Part shown: piece by piece, positions 24,901 to 36,900 of the stretch | How positions within the stretch are numbered: the stretch's first letter is position 1 | Layout of the letters: every line of letters begins with the position of its first letter | Source: Ophelia neglecta | Lineage: Eukaryota | Assembly: GCA_965285935.1 (NCBI GenBank) | Contig: OZ260661.1 | Span: 128,774,001 to 128,838,000, forward strand | Length of the DNA: 64,000 bases | Reading direction: 5' to 3' | Notes under the pieces: generated by a model | Seen by the model: only the letters and a program-made list of their open reading frames with translations | Told to the model about the DNA's origin: nothing | Databases searched by the model: none | Position numbers and translations under genes: made by a program

Positions 24901-27900
24901 ACTGTGTAACAATTTGAGTTGTGCCCGTCAAAACTTGGTTTGTCTCTCGGCCATTTTGATAATGTGGATATGTGTTGTCTCCGGCAGAAATCTGATGGGT
25001 GCCTCGGATGAGAATCTCTCCGCCTCCGGACGGCAGCGATTGGCTGCTTCTCATTCTGGGCCGGGTCAGAGGTCAGGGCTGACCAATAAGACGTCCCCAT
25101 CCAGTACCTTCCAGGAGGACTTGATGCGGTTGATTGACCCGGATGTTTCCTTCAGCGAACCACTCAACATATCAGAGGTAAGTTCCAAAACCGGTGTGGT
25201 GGCAAAATTGTCAGCAATAATTGGCAACATAATTTAACTCTCTCTTGTCCCATTACATTATGGTAATACACATAGTTTAAACATATCTACACAGAAATGT
25301 GCAAACAGTGCACTCGCTGTGCTTTTTCTTCAGAATCATCCAGTTTCCCTGATTATTTCTTTAAGATAATATGCCTGAAAAGTCCGTATGTCACCCCTAC
25401 CTGTTAATGATAACTCATTGGAACTTATATCATACAGAAAACCCATTTTGGTTCATAGCTATTATTTCATTAACTGAATGATTAATTAGTCATAGTAATA
25501 ATTTACAGAGAAGTAGAAAAGGTGTCAAGAAACAATCATGATATCATTAGTAATAATGATATCATAAGTACAAGGTTTTCAGTCAGTCCTTAAAGAGCTG
25601 TATTTGTTGCCATGAAAGGCTGAAAGCCGAACCTGGTGACTCAGTCTTGCCTCATTAGATATCTTATTAATATTGAATTTTTGGCTGATAATTAAAATTA
25701 TGGCTCAGTGCAGTAAAGCTGATGGCGTATGTCCACTATTCTAGGATTTGGATTTTTAGGGTTTAGGACACATAAGCACCATGTGGGCTATTTAGTGTCT
25801 TTTAGTAGGGTAAATTTCATGTAAGAATCAGAATTGGGTTTATTTATCTAACGGTGGTCCCTGCAATGTGGGGCCCCTTGGGTGTATGACCATCTGAGAT
25901 GGCAGGACAGTTTTTGAATTCCCATATCCTATCTTTTCCATGTTAAAGTTCTTCCGATGGAGGGCCACTTTTCCTTTGAACTAGGGGTGGCCCTACGTGG
26001 CAGGGACCACTGGAACATTTATTAATGGTATCAGTAGTATGTTATTGAGTTTTATTGTGTAAAAACATTCTATGTGTGTGGATCAGAGGTGTTTGCTCTG
26101 ATTAAAAATAAAAAGCATTATTAAAGGTTTATAAAAAGTTGGTCAATAAATCTGTTTAAATGGATTTTGAAAACCTCAACTTATAAAAACTGTTTCTAGA
26201 ATTGTCATCTACTACATTTTGAAGTAGAGGTCTAGGGCTCTTAAGTACTGAAGAGACCCTTTCAAAGCACTTTTCTAGGAAGTGCCAGCTGCCTCGTACA
26301 TGTGTGTCACTGGGCCGATTAGGTAGTAAAGACGTGCTAACGACTTGCTGTCATTACGGTTATTGTCCTAATTGCTCCAGTTATTCACATGACGCATTTC
26401 ACCACATAGCACTTAGTAAGTCAGCCGGGTGTTACCATCAGTGAATCAGCCGCCACCAGTCAGTCAGTCCTTGCAGAGCTTCATAGCCGTCACAACTCAG
26501 CGCTGTCCACGTATTCAAATCAGTTTGATGAGGTCTGGGGTGCTGCTGCATTTGATGGGATTTTTAAAGTGTATTCAACCCTTGCAGGAGGAGAGTCACC
26601 CCCACCGGAGACGGAAACACACCCGATCCCCCCGTCTGCCGCGCACCACCTCCGAGGAGAGTGTGGCTGCAAAGAAAAATGGAGTCCGGGTGCAGGCCAA
26701 TGGTCCGGTGGAGAGCTATGACAACGGAGATGTGTTCTCAGGAACTCCACCTCAGGGGAAGCCACCGACAGGCGGTACGGGACAAGAGGGACTGGACAGG
26801 GAGCAGAAGTAAGTGGGGACTGGGCAGGGGTGTGTGTGTGGGGAGGGGGGTGGGTGACAAGAGGGACTGGACAGGGAGCAGAAGTAAGTGATGAGTGGGC
26901 AGGGGTGTGTGTGAGGGGGGGGGGGAACCACCGATGGGCGGTACGGGACAAGAGGGACTGGACAGGGAGCAGAAGTAAGTGGGGACTGGGCAGGGGTGTG
27001 TGTGTGTGGGGAGGGGGGTGGGTGACAAGAGGGACTGGACAGGGAGCAGAAGTAAGTGGGGAGTGGGCAGGGGTGTGTGTGTGTGGGGAGGGGGGTGGGT
27101 GGGAGGGGGGTGACAAGAGGGACTGGACAGAGAGCAGAAGTAAGTGGGGAGTGGGAGGGGGTTGGTGAGGGGGGGGGGAGGGGACGGCAAGAGAGCAGAA
27201 GTAAGTGGGGAGTGGGCAGGGGGGTGTGTGTATGTTTGGGGGTGGGGATGACAAGAGGGACTGGACAGGGAGCAGAAGTAAGTGGGGAGTGGGCAGGGGT
27301 GTGGATGTGTGTGTGTGTGTGGGGGGGGGGGGCTATGACTGACTGGGGCAGGGGTGTGGTCTTGGGGGGGGGGAGAGATGGGAGGGTGGGTATATTAGGG
27401 GAGATATTGAGATATGGGGTAAGTCCTGACTAGGGAGGAAATGGCTTAAGGGCTGCACAGAGGGCACAAGTCTCAATGGTTAGGGAGGGGTAGGGGAGGG
27501 GTTGGACATCAGAGAGACCGATAGAAAGCCAGGCAGTAGGGATACTATAGAGAGATGACCAGGCAGTGGGGCCAGACTATAGAAGTTATAGGCAGTAGAG
27601 ACATTGTATTCAGATGACATAGGTAGTAGGGAGGCTGTTGTGAGATGAAGGCAGTGGGGCAAGACTATAGAAGTTATAGGCAGTAGAGATATTGTATTCA
27701 GATGACATAGGCAGGTAGGGAGGCTGCCGTGAGATGACAAGCTAGTAGTGATACTTGTAACAAGTGGGTTTTACTGGTATTGCCAGCCCTCATGTGTATT
27801 TTGTGTCTCAGACACCTTGACTGTCCAGATAAATGCATTCACCAGTTATCCTGCAAGATTTCGACTACCTTATGTGCATTAATTTATCTTCCCACATCTT

Positions 27901-30900
27901 ATCCATTTGGCTTATGGCTTCTGACATAATGGGAAGGACCTATTGGTTGCACCTAATAATTAATATTTATTGTCACAGGCTATCTCCTAGAGCCACCACT
28001 GACGCCTCCGTTGGAACTCTGATCCGGGTCCGTACTACTCAGGTGGCCAGTAGTAACCCAAGTATACCCCTTCCGGATACTGCTTCTGATATCGACTGGA
28101 CCAACCTGGTGGATGTGGCCTCCAAGTTTGATGGTGAGTTACTACTGGGAGCTATTGATTACAGTAAAGTGAAACCTGCCTTAAAGACCACCTCTATACT
28201 GAGACCACCTTACCATTCAGACCACTAATATAAAGACACACTGTACTATTGACTGTGAACTAACATGCTTAAACAGAACACCTTCACAATCAGACCAGTA
28301 TTTTCCAGTCCCTTGACTGGTCTCTATTCACAGGTTTCACTGTAATAGTGTAGTTATTAAGGGTAGTGTTTCAGCGTCCTCGCCCGAGAATCGCGTTCGC
28401 TCGAACGCGACCCTCGTATACCACACATCACTTCCTAAAATTTTAGGGGCGTGACGTCATAACGGGGTTATTTGTTGTGCACATCCGCCAGATATAGTGC
28501 TTTTTTTTGTACAGGTGATTTTCAAATGAGATGTTGTCTTTAATATATATAAACTTGAATGTTTTGACATAAATGTACCGAAAATTGCGTATTTAGGAAG
28601 AAATAAGTGCGCTACACACGACAGTTACCAGATGATGTTTATCCGTATAGGGAATGTCTCAGTGTACATGTACCGAGTACGCACGTGTGTAAGACAGACT
28701 ACTTATTTCTTCATCCGCGACATTACCCAAGAGCCTCTAGGCCATATACGAGCGGTCGGTTTCCTTCGGAAACCTCCGTCGGCCGAGCCCGGTGTTTGAG
28801 ACCTCTGTTGGCAGATCCCCTTCAGGTTTGGGGCCAGTGCCTCCCTCCTGGCCACAGGGCCGTGTAGATATAGACCAGTGCTGAGACATTCACCAGTGCT
28901 GTACCTTTGACATACATGTGGTACATGACCTGCATGTTATTGACATCCTGGCTGGTGAGTTTCTTTGCACCAGGCTTTACAAGGACGGTGTCTATTCGAT
29001 TAGCTCAGGTATCTATTGACTTGGCCATGGCCACTGTGTCTAATGGGGGGGGGGGGGGTCATATCGGGGCTTTTCCTGTTGACCAGGAGACAAAAGGAGC
29101 AATGGTAGACAGGTTCATCTCAGTGCATACCTCAAGTTGAGTATAACACATGGACTGGCCACAAGTCAATCCGTGCACGTTACATACTTACTTGTGACCC
29201 CCCAGGGCTGTCTTTGTGGCTGGCCAGGCTACAATAATATGGTGTCAGTTAATGAGAGTTTCTTGGAAACAAGTCCAGGTGATTTTTTGGCCTTTTCCAT
29301 GAAGTGAAAGCCTGCAAGTGAGGTGAAGCTATAGCAAGCATCTAGCATGACCTGGCATTGCCGGCGTAGTCTCGTATCCCGCCAGCCTCCACTGACATAT
29401 AGAATTGATAGTCACATAAATGTATGGGTAATGCCAGGAACAAAATTAGAATGCCTTCAGTGGTTCTTAACACTTTGAGTGTCAAGGGCCCCTAAAATCA
29501 GACCTACATTTGATGTATATAAAGTGCCGAGGGCTGATATAATCGGCTCTATATTTTACCTAGTATTCTGTATTAAAAAGAGACCCCTAACACCATATCA
29601 GCCTCTATTACACTGGGGTTTGTCCCATGGCATTGCTGAGGTTTTGTCTTTTCAGAAAATATAGTTTTGGAGCTATTTATTTTTGTTGTTTATCTAATTT
29701 AAAAAAGAAAATGTTTATTCTAACAGCACTTTATTAATTATTTGGCCGAAGAATGCTTTAAAACACCCAACAATCCAAACAAAATGGAAAAGTTTTTTTT
29801 CAGAAGTTAAGGTGTGTGGGCACTCCTACAGGCATGGGCACTTATAACAAAAGGACACAGTATTTATAAAAGATAGTTAATAAGGCCTACCATATTCTCT
29901 GTAATGAAGCCTACCGTATCCTCTGTAATGAGCTCCCATGCCTTTATTAGCGCCCACCATCCTCTTTTCTGTTTAAATCTTAAAACTTGACACTTTTCAC
30001 TAGCTATTTGGGTGTTTAAGGTACAAAAAAACTACGTTAATATTTAAGTGCATGTGCACTTATTACATATTACTTAGAATATGGTACTATAAACTCTTTT
30101 GCAAGCAGGAATGTTTTATTGAATGTCAATTTACTGTATGTGCGACGTGAAATTTGGTCACTGAGTAATGTCAGTGTAATCTCTGAGTAATAGGAAAGTA
30201 GGCTTATATAGGGGAATCCCTGATTGGAAAGTAGGCTTATATAGGGGATCACATGATAGGAAAGTAGGCTTAAATAGGGGATAACATGATAGGAAAGTAG
30301 GCTTACGTAGGAGATCAAATGATAGAAAATTAGGCTTACGTAGGGGATCACATGATAGGAAAGTTGGCTTATATAGGGGAACCTGTGATAGGAAAGTAGG
30401 CTTATATAGGGGATCACATGATAGGAAAGTAGGCTTTCATTTCATTTTGGGATCTCCAGCAAGGAATTTTTGCATTAATCTTGACAGTCACAAAACATGT
30501 CCTGTGCCTATAACTATTCTGATATACTGGCTACATTCTTAATGCACAAAAACAAAAGAAGGTACTGTATCTGGAATCATTCAGTCTGTAATTCTGACTG
30601 TTCGTTCGCCTTATGGTGCTTAAGCCTTGTTTTTTTCTTCTCTTGCGTAATTCCCTGAATTTGACCAGATGAGCCAGGTAATTCTTGTATTTGTCATACC
30701 TGCTGCATTGGCCGCATCTTGTTTCTACTAATAAAAATATACAAGTTTATCTACAATGTGCCACATTACAAAGCAGACACAAACCTAGTACACATACATT
30801 GAAACCTGCCTTTAAAGACCACCCCTATATTCAGACCACCTGCCAATTTAGACCACTAATATGAAAACCATATCATACTCTTTTGTTGTAAAATAACATG

Positions 30901-33900
30901 TACCAACACACTACCTCTTTAATCAGACCTGTATTTGGCAGTCCCTTGGGTGGTCTTAATTCACAGGTTTCACTGTCTATGCATTAGTTATTTGGGCCGT
31001 TAAGCCTAACGGATGAACACAAATCCAAGTTCTTGCCTTAAGAGACAGCATAACGGTCTTTATTTTCATTAGTTTGCTCATCTTAAAACATAAAGGAGCC
31101 TTTTATATCTCCTGACTAACCCTGGGGGCTAACTCTTTTATTTGATCAAACCACATGTGGATAGTGTTCCCGAATTGACGTCAATGGGTTGATTTTCCAT
31201 TTTTCTGATCTCCGGGACTCCCAGCTAGACACTCCAGTTAAGGGCTCCTGTGTACTGCCGTGCAGTCTATTCTCTTTAAGGCAGCGCTGCAGGCCTCCTG
31301 GTTAAACTCAGCCACAGGCCTTGGGCTTATCACAAATATCATATGTTAGACCAGCACACAGCAGACCTAATCTAGTGGCTTGGTGTTAGTCATCAATTTG
31401 ATAGTGGAGGCGATTTAGGCATTTGTTAATATATTTGATTTAAGACAATCCTTTTAAGGGTATGGGGCTATTGTGGCTGTGATCAGTGCAAGTCTCATTG
31501 TACACGCCTGACTTAATTCTTGGTCTTCGTAACCAGATTCTTGGCTCAGTGCAGATAGAGGGTTTGTGGGAGACGTGGTGGGAAGTGGGTGGGGTCTGTT
31601 TACATTAGGAGGCATGGCATGGGTGTCCTAAGGCCCCTGACTCTCTGATCATGATAGATAGTGTAGGACAAAGTTTACTGAGTGAGTAGTGGGGCCTGTT
31701 AGTTCACCTAGTGTGGCCTGTTAGTTCACCTAGTGTGGCCTGTTAGTTCACCTAGTGTGGCCTGTTAGTTCACCAAGTGTGGCCTGTTAGTTCACCTAGT
31801 GTGGCCTGTTAGTTCACCTAGTGTGGCCTGTTAGTTCACTGAGTGTGGACTGTGAGTTCACCAAGTGAGGCCTGTTAGTTCACCTAGTGTGGCCTGTTAG
31901 TTCACCTAGTGTGGCCTGTTAGTTCACCTAGTGGGGCCTGTTAGTTCACCGAGTGTGGACTGTGAGTTCACCGAGTGGGGCCTGTTAGTTCACCAAGTGT
32001 GGCCTGTTAGTTCACCTAGTGTGGCCTGTTAGTTCACCTAGTGTGGCCTGTTAGTTCACTGAGTGTGGACTGTGAGTTCACCAAGTGGGGCCTGTTAGTT
32101 CACCTAGTGTGGCCTGTCAGTTCACCTAGTGTGGCCTGTTAGTTCACCTAGTGGGGCCTGTTAGTTCACCTAGTGTGGCCTGTTAGTTCACCTAGTGTGG
32201 CCTGTTAGTTCACCGAGTGTGGACTGTGTGAGTTCACCGAGTGGGGCCTGTTAGTTCACCTAGTGTGGCCTGTAAGTTCACCTAGTGTGGCCTGTTAGTT
32301 CACCTAGTGTGGCCTTTAGGTTCAGCGAGTGGGGCCTGTTAGTTCACCTAGTGGGGCCTGTTAGTTCACCCAGTGGGGCCTGTGAGTTCACCTAGTGCGG
32401 CCTGTTAGCAGTCTCCTATTTCTTCCTAGCTACTCGTTCATCGACCTGAACTTAGATGTGATTGATGACCTAAAAATGGAGCTGTCATTGTCAACAGATT
32501 GGGTGTATTCTTATAAACCTTATTTACCATACCTCCAGCCCAAGGCTATGCCTGCATGTCTTCATCAACAGACAGACTGCCAGATGTCATCAGCTGGTAA
32601 TTGTACAGTATTTATCCATTTAGTTTCTATTTAGAGGTTCCCTATAAGGCTTTGTAAGAGCCAAGGCAGAGACAAGTCATTGACCTGAGAACAGCTCAAG
32701 GGCAGCTTGGCCCCTAATAATTCTGTTTTAAGCACTAATATTCACTTTGGGTGTTGATGCAATAAAAGTGGCGCCATCTGTCAGCTGTGGTAGGTAGAGC
32801 CGGCCAGATTAGCCCCCTGACTCCCTTGACGGTGTGCGTCTGTCGAGAGCTTGGAGATTCTCGCTGTTAGACTAGCCCCTAAGGGTGCTTTCATGTTCGG
32901 CTGCTAGCCGAGTCTATCTTGATGGAGCATCCCCGCCATTCATTACTTAATGGCAGCAAGGTCATGGACACAGGTACAATGCAATGATGCATTGTGGGAA
33001 ATCAACACACTGCAACACTTGGCACTCTCCAAGCGATTGAATTCCAGAACACGCTTGGGAATGCATTTTTTATTTCAAACATTGATTGTTCAATAATGAT
33101 TCCATCTGCCATATGCCATGCAACAGGCAACTGGCTATACAACTCTTAACCGTTTTATCATGTATTGATGTTTATTAAAGTAATGAGAATCAGTTTTATC
33201 AGAAAGCCAAATTGTGTTGTTTGCCTTACACACCGGCTCCATCTATCAGAAGACAAAGTGACCTGGTTGATTTTTTCCCAGAGTGATGTCTGATAACATT
33301 GAATGAAGCTGATGTCTTTGTGAGGATAGCGGTTACCTGTGAGGTGCTGCTTCCACTGAGAGACAACACTTTTAGTTGCCATGGCAACCCAGGTGCAGCC
33401 GGTACAACACTGACTTAACCGCAGCAAGGTTCAGCCGAGGACAGCCAGGAAGTGGACACTAGATACGTGCGAACAAGCATCTCCGTCATCACATAAGACT
33501 GGTGTCTCTGTGCACGAACAGATAGGATACTCGGAGAAACAAGAGGGAATTATATTGTTATCCTTGCCAGATTGGACAGTTGGACAGAAGCCCTAGCAAT
33601 CCAGTGACCAGGACTGGCAGTGAGCTGCCAGCATTTGGTTCATTACTAGACTAGCATTAGGTCACGGAGGTAGAGGCATTCATTGTATTAAGGCCGGAGC
33701 ATTTGGAGCAGCAGTTTGAATCAGTGGCTTTAAAAATGACAGTTGGACTCAGCAGTTAGAGCTGTAATTAGCCTGAAGCACTATGATTGGCTTGTCTTCC
33801 TGGTTGTGTCCTCGATGTCAGTGACTTCATACCTGGATTGAGCTGACATTTGCGTTCTCCGTAACAGGAAGTCTTGTCTTTGAACACTGTCTTGGAGAAA

Positions 33901-36900
33901 TTGGTGGCTGCTGCTTTTGTCCTGTTGTTAGTCTATCTAGATGCAGCCTTCTTAAGATACCATCTAGTCATGTGATCTGTGCCAGGAAGTGCCTTAATAC
34001 ACCTATCGACCCAGTAGTACTTAGGATACTAGTTATATTTATCCCTCATAATGCACATGATCTTTAATGGATAACCTTTTGATCTACCGCAATTAAAATG
34101 AAAAACTAGATGCTCTCTGTTTGCTGTTAGGTCTACAATGTGTGACATCTGCTGGAGAGAGCATAAATGATAAGCCAATATGACTTTCTGACCTTTTGTA
34201 GTCAAATTGATCGATTAATTTAGGTTGTAGCCAGGGGAGCAGGCATACTAGGATCCATAATAGAGTAAGCAGTGTACTCAAACTGCCAAGACTGAGAGTG
34301 TTGTGGCCTCTTGGGGCAGGCAGGGTTATCGTGGTTCTCCCGAGACAGCAGGCCCTACTGGCGCGCTGCAGCAAGCCACTGTTGATGGTTCCCGCCATGA
34401 CTCCCCCTGACAGAGTTCAGACAAGGCACTCTGCTGGTGGTTTTAGTCAATAAACAATCTGTAGCCTGTGCGGTTGTTGGCTGAGGAGCTGGATGGGACT
34501 GGTTAATGTACGATGTCCAGTAGATATTGATCTAGTGTCTCAGGTGACTTGCTGTTTACATGTTTAGACTGACTTGTATATGTCAGCCAGTAGGCAGATA
34601 ATCAACGGAAGGCTTGGATCTGTTTTAACCATTTAAGGACTGACACCTGATCAGAGAGAATAGCGATTACGGCCTCTGGTGCTGAGATTGACGGTGGTAT
34701 TAGGATGTGGTTCTGATTGGAGGCAGACAAGTTTGAGACTGTGGTGAATTCAGCCATCTTCAGCCATCACAGAGTCAGCTGGTGAATAGGAAGCCAACAC
34801 ACTGTGGTTTTATAGACACTACAGGTTGACGGTGGTGTGCTGGGGTATGCCAGCCAAAGGGAAGGCCCCCTGTCGAGACTGTGAACTATATATAGGCACC
34901 TACAGGCTTTCGGACAAGGTCACATCCTCACATTAGTGTGATCACGGGCAGGCAAGGCGACCAAAATGAACATATGACGCATTCTCCGGCCTTATTGTGA
35001 CTGCACTCGGGGGTCGACAGGTCTACGGCGCCTCCACTGACGTGTTTGGCCTTTTTTTTCCTTTCCCACGCTAGATCGCGAGCCTTAAATATCTGACTCG
35101 TCTCTCACATGTGCTACAAACAAGATTAAGGCAAAGTGGTAATAACAATGTGTGGCTGGAGCCAAGGATCGCTGGCTACAATTATCACTGTGAATTAACC
35201 ACCAAAAGCAAGTTTATCTGCCTCATGGACGATTTTGATACGATAGAGCTTTAATCCAGCCGGCTGATGTGTGTAGGAGCTGCAGGTGTGAATGACACTT
35301 AGACGGAGATACTCGACAGTAGAAAATGTCATTGAAAATTAACCTGTGGCAGAAATACAAGGGACTTCTGAAGAGGCGCTCGTACCGCAAGCGATTTGAA
35401 GAGAATAAAGGAAAGCTGTATGTCAGCGGTGAGTCTGTTGTGGCTAGTGGAGGTTTTAATGAATATGTGATGGTTTACATTGAGTTTTTTTGTGCTGAGC
35501 AGTAAATTGTGGCAATGAATTAATGCACTCGGAAATAATACTGTAAATCGGGATATATCGTAAAAAAATTGCTGTCTACAATTTCCATATGTGGTCATAC
35601 TACTTTCCATAAGAATTCTCCTGCTATAAACTTACTCAGAGATAAAATATTTGCATATATATATGATGAAATCAAATTACTGCTGACACACCCCCAGTCT
35701 GATCAGGTGACTCCCTAGTCTGATCAGGTGACTCCCCAGTCTGGTCAGGTGACTCCCCAGTCTGGTCAGGTGACTCCCCAGTCTGGTCAGGTGACTCCCT
35801 AGTCTGATCAGGTGACACCCCAGTCTGATCAGGGGACTCCCTAGTCTGATCAGGTGACTCCCCAGTCTGATTAGGTGACTCCCCAGTCTGGTCAGGTGAC
35901 TCCCCAGTCTGGTCAGGTGACTCCCTAGTCTGATCAGGTGACTCCCCAGTCTGGTCAGGTGACTCCCCAGTCTGATCATATGACTCCCCATTCTGATAAG
36001 GTGACTCCCCAGTCTGGTCAGGTGACTCCCCAGTCTGGTCAGGTGACTCCCTAGTCTGATCAGGTGACTCCCCAGTCTGATCTGGTGACTTGCCAGTCTA
36101 GTCAGGTGACTCCCTAGTCTGATCAGGTGACTCCCCAGTCTGGTCAGGTGACTCCCCAGTCTGATCAGGTGACTTGCCAGTCTGATCAGGTGACTCCCCA
36201 GTCTGATCTGGTGACTCCCTAGTCTGATCAGGTGACACCCCAGTCAGATCAGCCGACTCCCTAGTCTGATCAGGTGACACCCCAGTCTGATCAGGGGACT
36301 CCTCAGTCAGATCAGATGACTCCCCATTCTGATAAGGTGACTCCCCAGTCTGGTCAGGTGACTCCCCAGTCTGGTCAGGTGACTCCCTAGTCTGATCAGG
36401 TGACTCCCCAGTCTGGTCAGGTGACTCCCCAGTCTGATCAGGTGACTTGCCAGTCAGATCAGGTGACTCCCCAGTCTGATCAGGTGACACCCCAGTCTGA
36501 TCAGGGGACTCCTCAGTCAGATCAGATGACTCCCCAGTCTGATCAGGTGACTCCCTAGTCTGATCAGGTGACTCCCTAGTCTGATCAGGTGACACCCCAG
36601 TCAGATCAGGTGACTCCCCAGTCTGATCAGGTGACTCCCCAGTCTGATCAGGGGTCTCCCTGATCAGGTGACTCCCCACACTATATCACACATTGATACT
36701 GTAACACACATTGATACTCTAACACACACTCTATTAGGAGTATGATATTTAATATATGACAGTTTTCGGTTATCAAGTATACATCTCCTAATCACTGCTA
36801 TTCCCTTTAAGATATGACCGGGAGGGGGGGGGGGGAGGTGTAATGCCAGTTTTTTGTTTTTCTATACTTTTCCCTTCGGAAAAAACATTAGCAATGGGCA

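Noticed and set aside
35677-36679. ESPDQTG and LGSHLTR repeat ORFs (likewise HVLTKD at 61146 and the Gly/Pro-rich ORFs)
   Set aside because: Minisatellite or low-complexity translations inside introns.
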